From the NCBI GenBank assembly GCA_964291285.2, contig OZ219786.1:1369675-1433674 (forward strand): a stretch of 64,000 nt of DNA, written 5' to 3'. Shown here piece after piece: positions 10,119 to 19,153 of the stretch. Each line of letters opens with the position of its first letter. Position 1 is the stretch's first letter. The DNA comes from Alphaproteobacteria bacterium. Its GTDB lineage: Bacteria; Pseudomonadota; Alphaproteobacteria; Bin95. Both the position numbers and the translations under genes were made by a program. Below the pieces are notes generated by a model, which was not told the DNA's origin, did not search any database, and saw only the letters and a program-made list of their open reading frames with translations.

Positions 10119-10513
10119 CCCGGCATGTCGTCGGCCCGGTGTCCGGGTTCCCGCCGGGCACGCGGCGTTGCGTGGTGCTGGAGGGCCGGCGGATCGCGCT
10201 CTTCAACGTCGGCGGGCGCTATTTCGGCCTGCTGGACCGCTGCCCGCACCAGGGCGGCCCGCTCTCCGAAGGGGTGCTGACGGGGCTGGTCGAGGCGGGC
10301 GCGCCCGGCGACTACCGCTTCTCGCGGCCGGGCGAAATCCTGCGCTGCCCCTGGCACGGCTGGGAGTTCGACCTCGCGACGGGCGAAAGCCGCTTCGACC
10401 CCCGCCGCCACCGCACCCGCGCCTTCCGCGTCACCGCCGAACCGGCCGAGGACCTCCGCGCCGAAACCGTCCCCGTCCGCGTCGAGGAGGACTATGTGGT
10501 CGTGGAGACGTGA
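10115..10513 (+). CDS. Rieske [2Fe-2S] ferredoxin
   Basis: GTGA overlap; CPHQG and CPWHGWEFD motifs. Confidence 0.9.
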   Translation: MTRHVVGPVSGFPPGTRRCVVLEGRRIALFNVGGRYFGLLDRCPHQGGPLSEGVLTGLVEAGAPGDYRFSRPGEILRCPWHGWEFDLATGESRFDPRRHRTRAFRVTAEPAEDLRAETVPVRVEEDYVVVET

Positions 10514-10606
10514 GGCGGGCTAAGCCGACAAGATAGGCACAAGCACCACTCACGGTATTATGTAATCCCAAGTTCACTACTCTCTATCCGCCTGCCGCGG
10601 ATCCTA

Positions 10607-11378
10607 GGCCCTGTGGACGTATTGACTCAGGAGCGTGTTCAGGGATTCCCGTGCGAGGATTTGTCTGAATCATGAGGCGTCGGCGATTCGGGGGTTTCTT
10701 TGATGTCGACGAAGATGACGAATGGAGACTGGGAGGTTGCGCTGGAGGTTTTCCGGCTTTGCCTTCCGAGGCGGGGTGCGAAGGCGAAGGACGACCGTCT
10801 GTTTCTGGAGGCGCTGCACTTCTTTGCGGTTCACAACATCACCTGGCGGGCGCTGCCGGAGCGGTTCGGGCACTGGAATACGGTATGGCGGCGTTTTCAC
10901 CGTCTGAGCCGTTCAGGGGTGTTCGAGGACTTTTTCGCCACGCTGGCGGATTTGAGCAGCACGGCGCACCTGGTTCAGATGTTCGATTCGACCGTGACCC
11001 GCGCGCATGTATCGGCGGCCGGCGCAAAAGGGGGCAGCAGGGTCAGGCGCTTGGACGCTCGCGGGGCGGTTTCAGCACCAAAATCCACCTGAAGACCGAT
11101 TTCGACGGCCTGCCGATCGCCTTCGACCTGACCGGCGGCGAGGCAGCCGACAGTCCGCATTTCGAGACCCTGATGGACATCGGCCCCGATGTCCGGCCCC
11201 GCGCCATCGTCGCCGACAAGGGCTATGACAGCGCCGGAAACCGCCAACTCGCCCGGAAAAGAGGCGCCCTGACCGTCATTCCCTACCGGAAGAACATCAA
11301 AAACAGGCCAAAGCGCTTCGCAAGCGCGCTCTACAGAGGACGGGCGCGCATCGAACAGGCCGTCGGCAAGCTCAAACG
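10607..11378 (+). mobile_element. IS5 copy 2, left part (interrupted by integrative element)
   Basis: Near-identical to 6757-7528; identity breaks after CTCAAACG at 11378; remainder at 50704-50813. Confidence 0.92.
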
Positions 11379-11556
11379 TTTCAGTATTCCACCGTACGCC
11401 TGTCTGTTCGTGGCAACTGATGTCAAAGGAAATCGTTGTGTATCAATGAAGTATTGGTTTTCCCGGTGGACAAGGCGCGCCAGGACTACGCCCCGGTTGA
11501 CTTTCATGTGTTGACCTGTATGGTGATATTCAGGGCTGTTTCGAAGGAATATCACT

Positions 11557-12825
11557 ATGTCAACACAGACCGGCAAGCGCACTGCAAACCTCAAGCTCAC
11601 CCTCAACAAGCGAAACGTCGAAGCCCTCAAGCCCCGGCACAAACCCTTCATCGCATGGGACGACCGCCTCACCGGATTCGGCATCCGCGTCCAGCCCTCG
11701 GGCATGCGCTCCTACATCGTCAACTACCGCGCCGGCGACGGCGGGCGCAAGGCCGCCAACCGGCGCCTCGTCCTCGGCCGCCACGGCCGCATCACCCCCG
11801 AACAGGCCAGGCGCCTCGCCCGGGAGACGCTGGGCCGCGTCGCCGCCGGCGAGGACCCCGCCGCCGGGCGCACCCGCGCCCGCGCCATGCCGACGGTGCG
11901 GGACGCCTTCGAGGACTATCTCGCCGCCGGGCCGGCGCGCAAGGACAGTACCGTTGCGGTATACCGCAGCACCGTCCACAAGGACCTCGGTGACTGGCTC
12001 GACCGCCCTCTCGACACCATCGGGCGCCGCGATGTCGAGCAGCGCTTCCGGCGCCTGAGCGAGAATGCCGGGTGGGTGCAGGCCAACAATGCGATGAAGA
12101 TGCTGCGCGCCCTCTACCGCCGCCAGTGCCTCGACCATGAGGGGCTGCACAATCCGGTGGACCAGTGGCGCGTCGCGGGCGGGCGGCCCCATCGCCCGAA
12201 ACGGCGCATCATCCAGCCGCCGGCCGAGGTGCTGCCGCGCTGGCACCGCGGCATCGAGGCGGCGGTGCGTAACCCGGTCGCCCGCGACGCCTTGCACTTC
12301 GGCCTCTATACCGGCATGCGCCGGGCCGAAGTATTCGGCCTCGCATGGGCGCGGGTGGACAGGGCGGCGATGGTGTTCCGGGTCGAGGACACCAAGACCG
12401 GCGCGCCGTTGGCGCTTCCCGTCACCCGGCAGCTCGCGGCCATTCTCGAACGCCGCCTGGCCGAACGCGACCGTGTCCCCGAGGCGAACCGGGGCTGGGT
12501 GTTCCCGTCCGAAACCAGCAGGTCCGGGCGTCTCACCGGCATGCAGCACATGAATGCGCGCATCGGCGAGGCGGGCGGCGCGAAATTCTGGTTCCATGCC
12601 CTGCGCAACTGCTTCATCACCGTCGCCGACCGCGACCTGATGCTGCCGGCCAGCCTGACCAAGCGGCTGGTCAACCACGCCCGGCCCCGGGACGTGACCG
12701 AGGGCTATGCCGCCGACTGGACCATGGAGCAACTCCGCGACGCCGCCCAGCGCATCTCTGACAGGATCGACGCATTGATCCGCGAAGGCATTCCCGCGCC
12801 ACCGGCCTTGCCGCCGACAGCATGA
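11557..12825 (+). CDS. Tyrosine integrase with N-terminal arm-binding domain
   Basis: WDDRLTGFGIRV arm domain; TGMRRAE, DTKTG, FHALRN, LVNH, TEGY catalytic residues. Confidence 0.93.
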   Translation: MSTQTGKRTANLKLTLNKRNVEALKPRHKPFIAWDDRLTGFGIRVQPSGMRSYIVNYRAGDGGRKAANRRLVLGRHGRITPEQARRLARETLGRVAAGEDPAAGRTRARAMPTVRDAFEDYLAAGPARKDSTVAVYRSTVHKDLGDWLDRPLDTIGRRDVEQRFRRLSENAGWVQANNAMKMLRALYRRQCLDHEGLHNPVDQWRVAGGRPHRPKRRIIQPPAEVLPRWHRGIEAAVRNPVARDALHFGLYTGMRRAEVFGLAWARVDRAAMVFRVEDTKTGAPLALPVTRQLAAILERRLAERDRVPEANRGWVFPSETSRSGRLTGMQHMNARIGEAGGAKFWFHALRNCFITVADRDLMLPASLTKRLVNHARPRDVTEGYAADWTMEQLRDAAQRISDRIDALIREGIPAPPALPPTA

Positions 12826-12839
12826 CGCGTGGACCTTTT

Positions 12840-13260
12840 CCGGGCCCTCGACATGGGTGCGGGTGGTGATGCGCTTGCCGTGCTTCTCGATGGTGGCCTC
12901 TTGCAGGAGGTCGAGGTCGCGGATCAGGTCGTGCCATTCGATGCTGACGCCAGCGGCGGCGCATCGGTCGGCCAGTTCCTTCTGGAGGACCAGCGCGAGG
13001 AAGGAGCAGAAGACGTGGCCGCGGATCGCGGCGTTGCAGGAGTGGTAGATCGGTCGGGTGCGCAACTGGGCCTTCGCCCGGCGGAACAGGTCTTCCACCG
13101 TGAGCAGCTCCCGGTAGCGGAGCACGGCGTTGAGCGGCGTCATGCCGGCGTTGGTGCGCCGGCCTATCTGGGGATATACCGGTGCGAGCCTCGCAAGGCG
13201 ACGATGTAGAGGTCCATCGGGTCGCGGGTGCGGGAGACCGGGCGGCGGATGGCGTCGTGG
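12840..13260 (-). pseudogene. IS1634-family transposase C-terminal fragment
   Basis: YRELLTVEDLFRRAK...RPIYH...IRGHVFCSFLALVL; no N-terminus or IRs. Confidence 0.75.
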
Positions 13261-13275
13261 CCGTGAGCCTCCCGC

Positions 13276-13689
13276 TCACCGGCGGCCTTGTCCGGTGCCG
13301 GCCAGCACGCCGTCGACCCGGGCGCGCGAGAGGCGGAACCGGCCCGAAGCTGTCCCCGTAGACAGCGCGTCGCGTCGACCCGGGCGCGCGAGACGCGGAA
13401 CTCCCGCGCGATCGCCGCCGGCCTGAGGCCGGCCTCGAAGGCGGCGAGGATCGGCCTTTTCCTGCCCCTGCGTCACCGGCCTGGCGCGCGCCCTTCCTCC
13501 GGATGTCTTGCCGGCCTGCCGCCCGCGCCTGCGGGCCTCGGCTGTCGCCGCTTCGACCGGCCGGTCGAGGTCCGCGTCGTCGAGATGGCGGAGCAAACGG
13601 TCGAGGCTCCCGCCGCGCTTTCCCGTCCCGCCACCCGAGCGCGCCGTCCTTCCTGCGCGTTGCCCCGTTTTCGTGGTCCTTCCTGTCAC
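13276..13689 (-). pseudogene. Small putative HTH protein, probably frameshifted
   Basis: Alternate frame gives ILAAFEAGLRPAAIAREFRVSRARVD (HTH-like); internal ~28-bp duplication at ~13312 and ~13374. Confidence 0.4.
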
Positions 13690-13940
13690 CTACAACCGGT
13701 GAGCGCATCGCGTGTGCGCTGGTCGATTGCAGCCCGAACGTGCCGGTGTGGCCATGGCCAGGGTGCTCTCCAGCTACCGGTCACCCGTGCCGCCGGCCCG
13801 CCGCCCGCCGTCGGGAACGCCGCCTCCCCCGCTCCGCGCCGGCAGGAGGGAAGGTCTGGCCGTGAGCGGGGCGGCGGTCGGCGCTTCGGAGAGCGGGGCG
13901 CTGCCGCCGGGTTCCACCACGGCACGATGGAGACGGCAGC

Positions 13941-14273
13941 ATGACGGCAGCAACGATGGCGATGCCCGGCAATACGGCAAGCACGTTCCTGGTCCACTAT
14001 TTCGGCGGCGGCCTCGACGGCGACGACCGCTTCGTGGTCGAGCGGTTCCGCGCCCTGGCCTGCGGCGACATTCGTCCGGTCCGGGACGGCGAGGAGAACG
14101 CGAAGGGGCGGCGCAAGGTCAGGCGCACCGTGGTCTCGCGCAAGGAGGCCGAGGCGATGCGCCCGGAGCGCACCGAGATCATCATCTGCACCGGCCTTCG
14201 CACCCGCGGCGGGAAACAGGCCTGGGGTTCGGTTGCGGCGGGCCTCCTGTGCGACCGCAAGCAGCGCGGCTGA
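13941..14273 (+). CDS. Hypothetical protein (leading region)
   Basis: GGAG RBS; co-oriented with the downstream leading-region genes. Confidence 0.5.
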   Translation: MTAATMAMPGNTASTFLVHYFGGGLDGDDRFVVERFRALACGDIRPVRDGEENAKGRRKVRRTVVSRKEAEAMRPERTEIIICTGLRTRGGKQAWGSVAAGLLCDRKQRG

Positions 14274-14360
14274 GCGCTTTCCCGAGGGACGTCCCGCCGG
14301 CCCGGCCGGGTCGGCGGGACGATCCTCTTCCGTTTTCCCCACGGCAAGGAGAACGCTCCC

Positions 14361-15383
14361 ATGTGCGAGCAGCAGGACATCGGGGCCCGGCGCGCGCGGA
14401 ACCTGGAGCGCTGGCGTCGTCGGGTTGCCGACCGGCGCGCGCGCGGCAAGTGCATCGGGTGCGGCAAGCGCGAACCCGAGCCCGCGCGGACCCTGTGCGC
14501 GCCCTGCGGCGAGAAGCGGAACCGGGCGAGCCGGGCCAGGGACGCAAGGCTGCGCACCGCCGGCCTCCCCCGGAGAGACCCCGACAAGGCCCGCGCCCAG
14601 GAGCGCGACCGGTCCCGCCGCGAGGCTGAAATGCGCCGCGACGCCGGGCTCTGCATCCGGTGCGGCAAGCAGCCGGCCGCCGATGGCCGTGCGTCCTGCC
14701 AGCCGTGCCTGGAGAAGCGCCGGGCAGCGGACCGCGCGAAATACGCCGCCGGGAAAGCCGCCGGCCTCAGGTATGGCGGGGCCGATGCCGAGGCCAAAAG
14801 GCGCGCCGCCCGGGCGAAGAGCAAGCGCCGCCAGAAAGCCCGGATCGAGGCGGGACTCTGTATCCGCTGCGGCAGGCAGCCCCCTGCCGGGGGCGGAACC
14901 ACCTGCCAGCCCTGCCGGGACAGGAGGCAGGCGGCGGAACGCCGGAAATACCGGGACCGGCGCCAGGCCGGGCTCTGCACCCGGTGCGGCGCCGCCGTCC
15001 ATGACGGTCTGTCGCGCTGCGCGCCGTGTGCCGCCATCGAGGAGGCCAGCCACAACCCGGAGCGCAAGAACGCACGCTCGCGGCAGTTGTACGCCCGGCG
15101 CCGGGCCGCCGGCCTGTGCACGGCCTGCGGGGCGCCGTCACAGGGGGCGGCGCGCTGTGCGCCCTGTGCCGAGAGGTCGTATCAAGGGTCGGGGCATTTC
15201 AGGGGCATCCCGGTCCACGAGCCGGTCTGGACCGTGATCGAACTGGAGACCGGCCGCGAGCACGGTCCGTTCGACGATCCGGCCGATGTCGCCCTCTGCC
15301 TCGCCTTCGGGAAGCTCGACCGCAACCGCGTCGAGATCGTCGCCGACGCCCCCGTCACCGCCTCCTTCACCGCCTGGACCTGA
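14361..15383 (+). CDS. Protein with five tandem CxxC-x(9-11)-CxxC zinc-finger-like repeats
   Basis: AAGGAG RBS; units such as GLCIRCGKQPAADGRASCQPC separated by Arg-rich helices. Confidence 0.8.
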   Translation: MCEQQDIGARRARNLERWRRRVADRRARGKCIGCGKREPEPARTLCAPCGEKRNRASRARDARLRTAGLPRRDPDKARAQERDRSRREAEMRRDAGLCIRCGKQPAADGRASCQPCLEKRRAADRAKYAAGKAAGLRYGGADAEAKRRAARAKSKRRQKARIEAGLCIRCGRQPPAGGGTTCQPCRDRRQAAERRKYRDRRQAGLCTRCGAAVHDGLSRCAPCAAIEEASHNPERKNARSRQLYARRRAAGLCTACGAPSQGAARCAPCAERSYQGSGHFRGIPVHEPVWTVIELETGREHGPFDDPADVALCLAFGKLDRNRVEIVADAPVTASFTAWT

Positions 15384-15573
15384 CATGCTGTCCCGGGCGG
15401 CGATGGCGGCGCTCGCCTGGCCGCGGTCCGCCGCGCCGTCCCTGTGTCGTGGAGAGGAGTAAAGCGCCTGCCGGGCGAGTGTCCGGCAGGGCGGAGGAGA
15501 GGACTCCCCGCCGATGCCGGATCGATGTCCGGCACAGGTCGCCGGGCAGGACAACGGCAGAGGAGTTCCCGCC

Positions 15574-15780
15574 ATGTTTCATCCCGATACATCCCTCGAC
15601 CTCCCGACCGGCTGCGACCTGCTCGCCGAACTCGGCGTCGACCGTCGCACCGTCCGCGAGATCGCCGAGGACGAGCGCGCCATCCGCTGTCCCGACCGGG
15701 GCGCGGCCTGTCCGGTGCACGGCTTCGCGAGCCTCTTCCCGGAACCGGCGTCGTCGTTCTCTCCGGGCGGTCAGGGGTAG
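15574..15780 (+). CDS. Small hypothetical protein
   Basis: AGAGGAG RBS, 68 codons, CxxxxxxCPVH tail. Confidence 0.5.
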   Translation: MFHPDTSLDLPTGCDLLAELGVDRRTVREIAEDERAIRCPDRGAACPVHGFASLFPEPASSFSPGGQG

Positions 15781-15884
15781 AGGAGGGCCTGAAGAGATTG
15801 AACGGGCAGGGGTTCGGGGGAGTGACCCCGGCCCCGGTCGTTCGCAACCCATCGTCATCAACACGAACCTGAAGGAGTATCGCA

Positions 15885-16313
15885 ATGAGCTTCGGATTGA
15901 ACAAGGTGCAGATCATCGGCCGCCTCGGCGCGGACGTCACCATCAACCACCTGCAGAACGGCGGCCGCGTGGCCAATCTGAGCGTTGCCACCGACGAGAG
16001 CTACATCGACCGGAACGGCAGCGGCGAGCGGATCGACAGGACCGAGTGGCACCGGGTCGTGACCTTCCAGGACGGGCTGATCGACATGCTCGCCAGGCAC
16101 GCCACGAAGGGCCGGCTGGTCTACATCGACGGCAAGCTCCAGACCCGGCGCTGGAAGAAGCCGGGCGAGGACTCCGACCGCTTCTCGACCGAGATCCTGC
16201 TGGTCCCGGGTGGGCGCGTCCAGTTCCTCGACAAGGCGAACGGCAACGCCGCGCAGCCCGGCCCGGACGCGGCGGGCGGCGACCCGATGGATGGGGATCA
16301 GATCCCGTTCTAG
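15885..16313 (+). CDS. ssb: Single-stranded DNA-binding protein
   Basis: LNKVQIIGRLGAD, SVATDES, TEWHRVV, YIDGKLQTRRW, C-terminal DQIPF. Confidence 0.95.
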   Translation: MSFGLNKVQIIGRLGADVTINHLQNGGRVANLSVATDESYIDRNGSGERIDRTEWHRVVTFQDGLIDMLARHATKGRLVYIDGKLQTRRWKKPGEDSDRFSTEILLVPGGRVQFLDKANGNAAQPGPDAAGGDPMDGDQIPF

Positions 16314-16343
16314 AGCTTCCCGTTCTTCCCCCCCCCCCCCCAC

Positions 16344-16373
16344 AGGGCCGGCGCCTCGCGCGTCGGCCCTTTT
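16344..16373 (+). terminator. Intrinsic terminator after ssb
   Basis: Stem AGGGCCGGCGC...GCGTCGGCCCT followed by TTT; preceded by a C14 run. Confidence 0.55.
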
Positions 16374-16501
16374 CTCATGCGGGCAGGTTCAAGTCTCGCC
16401 GCGGCGCATACGGGAGTGGGAGCGAGGCTGGAAAGCGGGTGAACCGCGCGAGGAGGAGAGGGAGCCCGCTCGCGCACCCGTCACGCTACCCGGAGAACCC
16501 G

Positions 16502-16729
16502 ATGAGCACCATCTCCTTCCGCCGCATCGCCCCCGACGAATCCCGCATCTACCGGGACGGCGACCATGTCGGCGACGTCCACGCCTTCGACGACAGCATC
16601 CGGCCGGGGCGCAGGGTGTTCGCCATACATCTCGACGAGGACCCGCGCGGGCCCGTCTATCTCCACGACCGCACCCGCATCCGCGAGGTCGCCGGGCGCC
16701 TGGTCCTCTCCCATCCCCTGTGGGGTTGA
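16502..16729 (+). CDS. Small hypothetical protein
   Basis: GGAG RBS; MSTISFRRIAPDESRIYRDGDHVGDV... Confidence 0.55.
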   Translation: MSTISFRRIAPDESRIYRDGDHVGDVHAFDDSIRPGRRVFAIHLDEDPRGPVYLHDRTRIREVAGRLVLSHPLWG

Positions 16730-17101
16730 CGCAAGGGCGGGCAACGGCGCCTCCCGCTCCGGCGCCGTGCCGGCCGAACCGACGATGGGGTCCGTGCAGG
16801 GCGAGAGAAATACGCCACCCCGCTGTGATGTCCAATCGTGTCACACGGGCTCGCGACAGCAACCCCTGCGGGGTCCTCCGGTCGCTCCGCTCCCTGCGGC
16901 CCGGCCAAGAAGCTCCAAGGGCGGACCGTGAAAGTCGACGACCGTGAAGATCGCAGGGCGATCTTCCGCACCACTCGCCGACTTTCCGCACCACTCCGCC
17001 CAGGAGCTTCTACGCCCGGGTGCTTCTGCTGCGCGCGCGTGCCCCGACAGGACATCACAACGGGGATCGGCCCCGAACGTGAAAACCGAAAGGAAAACGA
17101 C

Positions 17102-18028
17102 ATGACCTTCCATACCGATACCACCGAAACCGCAGCACAGTCCGCAACCGCGATCGTCTGCGACAACGCCGCTCTCTTCGGCGCAACCCCCGAGCGCGAC
17201 GAGTTCGATACCCGCGAGATCTGGGACCAGGACGAGGCCATCACCGCCGTCACCGAAGCCTTCCGCATCCTCAGCCGGGGCGTCGCGCCCGACGGATACC
17301 AGATGGCAGACGAACGCGAGAGCCTGCTCTGGGGCTTCGTCAACATGCTCCACGCCCAGACACAGCGCCTCGACCGCAGCGTCGACAAGCTCACCCCCGA
17401 ACTCCAGGACCTCCAGCGCACACAGGACGGCTCCGAGATCAGGTCCCTGGAACTGGAACTCGTGACCGACCGCGCACAGTGCCTCACCGCACGCCGCGAC
17501 GCCTTCGAGACATTGCGCAACGAGGCCGCCGAAGCCTACCGCGCAGACACCGGCGACACATGGCGGCCCCGGCGCGGCAGCCACGCCAGCCAGACCGGAC
17601 ATCTGACCTCCGCTGCCATCGACGCCCGCGACTTCGTCCGCGCCCGAAAGGACCGCAAGACACAGGCCCACCTGCCCCAGGGAACCCTCGTCGCCATCGC
17701 CGGCGGAAAGGACATCGCAAACCCGGCAGCCGTCATCGAGCGCCTCGACAAGGTCCGCGCCAGGTATGCCGACCTCGTCCTCGTGCATGGCGGCGGTCCC
17801 GGCGTCGAGAAGATCGCGGCGCGCTGGGCCGAGCGCAACGGTGTCCACCAGGTCGTCTGCAAGCCCGACTGGGACCGCCACGGTCGCGCCGCACCCTTCC
17901 GCCGCAACGACGAACTGCTCAACCTCCTGCCGAAGGGCGTCATCGCCTTCCCCGGCTCCGGCATCACCGACAACCTCGTCGACAAGGCGAAGCAGCTCGG
18001 CATCCCGGTGATGAAGGTAGCAGCCTGA
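17102..18028 (+). CDS. DUF2493 / YspA-like SLOG-domain protein
   Basis: C-terminal VAIAGG...LVHGGG.G....AARWA...AAPFRRNDELL...VIAFPGSGIT; typical of alphaproteobacterial mobilizable elements. Confidence 0.8.
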   Translation: MTFHTDTTETAAQSATAIVCDNAALFGATPERDEFDTREIWDQDEAITAVTEAFRILSRGVAPDGYQMADERESLLWGFVNMLHAQTQRLDRSVDKLTPELQDLQRTQDGSEIRSLELELVTDRAQCLTARRDAFETLRNEAAEAYRADTGDTWRPRRGSHASQTGHLTSAAIDARDFVRARKDRKTQAHLPQGTLVAIAGGKDIANPAAVIERLDKVRARYADLVLVHGGGPGVEKIAARWAERNGVHQVVCKPDWDRHGRAAPFRRNDELLNLLPKGVIAFPGSGITDNLVDKAKQLGIPVMKVAA

Positions 18029-18463
18029 CCGCAACGCATCGCGGGCCGTGTCGTCGCTCCGGCGGCGGCACGGTCCGTTTCCTCTTTCGCACATCGATGA
18101 CGCGGCAACGCCAACCTCGCGCGCTTCGCGCCGCACTCGTGCTCCGGCTTCGCCGATCGCGCTTGCGTTCCGCGTCCGCGTCACGCGCCGCTGCACCATG
18201 CTTCGCCCGGGTGCATCGCCGTCCGCGCCGATCCCGGCGCACCGCCCGCCGCACTTCCGCCAGCGTGACTGTCGACGGCACTGCCGGCGCTGCCGCCCGT
18301 CCGCTCGGCACGGTGCTTCGCACCAGTGCCCGCGCTCGCGCCGGCGAGGCCGTCCGCTCACACGCCGCGGCGGCTCCCCTCCGCCGGGTTCCCCGGCGTC
18401 GATTTCCCCATCGTGTATGCTATCCCTTCCGGCTCTGTCTCGACGGCGGAGCCGCTATTTCGT

Positions 18464-18475
18464 CACACCCCACGC
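18464..18475 (-). other. Putative oriT nic site (MOBF type)
   Basis: Minus strand GCGTGGGGTGT^G, identical to the core of the F-plasmid nic sequence; lies between leading genes and an RHH gene. Confidence 0.7.
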
Positions 18476-18811
18476 GCCAGGGGCGCAGTCGGCGCATGCG
18501 TGGCCTGGAGAACCCTCCCGGTGCCACAAGGCGCCAGACGGGGCCTACAGTATGATGGGAACCTGTAGTGCGCTTTGTGTTACGGACAAACCTCTGGAAT
18601 CATTGTATGTGTTTCTATCGTGTTCGCCGTGTATGCTCACGGAATACCGTCCGCATTGCGTGCCATTGCGGCCAGGGACGGATGAAATACGGGATTGCCG
18701 CCCACGGGCAGGTAGGCCAATGGACCGGGAAACAGCTCCGTGGCCGTCCGAAACCACTCGACAACGGAGTGCGCGGCGACGCAGGTTCGGGCTCGAACAT
18801 GGGAGGTGACG

Positions 18812-19153
18812 ATGGCAAACAGGAGCTTCCAGCGCTCGATCCGGTTCACGAAAAACGAGTGGGATGCCGTGGTCGAGGCCGCCGAGAAGGCCGGAATTAC
18901 TCCCGGCTCGTTCGTGCGCAGGGCCGCCGCGCGCGCCGCGGCAGACGGTCTCCATCTCCATGGCGGCGGCCTGACGCCGGAATTGGCCGAGCTGATCGAG
19001 AGAACCTTCCGCGGCGTCCACCTGCTGGCGTACCTGAAGCAGGAGGAACTCGCCGGATCGGACAGGGAAACGCTCTTCGACAGGGCCGCCGAAGACGCCC
19101 GCGCCGCCCAGATCAAGGCGCTGGGGATGGACCGCTCAGGCGAAGAGCTGTAG
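18812..19153 (+). CDS. Ribbon-helix-helix relaxosome accessory protein (MobC/TrwA-like)
   Basis: GGAGG RBS; RSIRFTKNEWDAVVEAAEKAGITPGSFVR; next to the oriT. Confidence 0.75.
   Translation: MANRSFQRSIRFTKNEWDAVVEAAEKAGITPGSFVRRAAARAAADGLHLHGGGLTPELAELIERTFRGVHLLAYLKQEELAGSDRETLFDRAAEDARAAQIKALGMDRSGEEL

Noticed and set aside
11497-11524. Sigma70 promoter TTGACT-N16-TATGGT before the integrase
   Set aside because: Plausible, but the -10 is weak and the spacer short; not supportable without transcript data.
16328-16341. C14 homopolymer as a phase-variation switch
   Set aside because: Intergenic between the ssb stop and its terminator, with no evident effect of length change.
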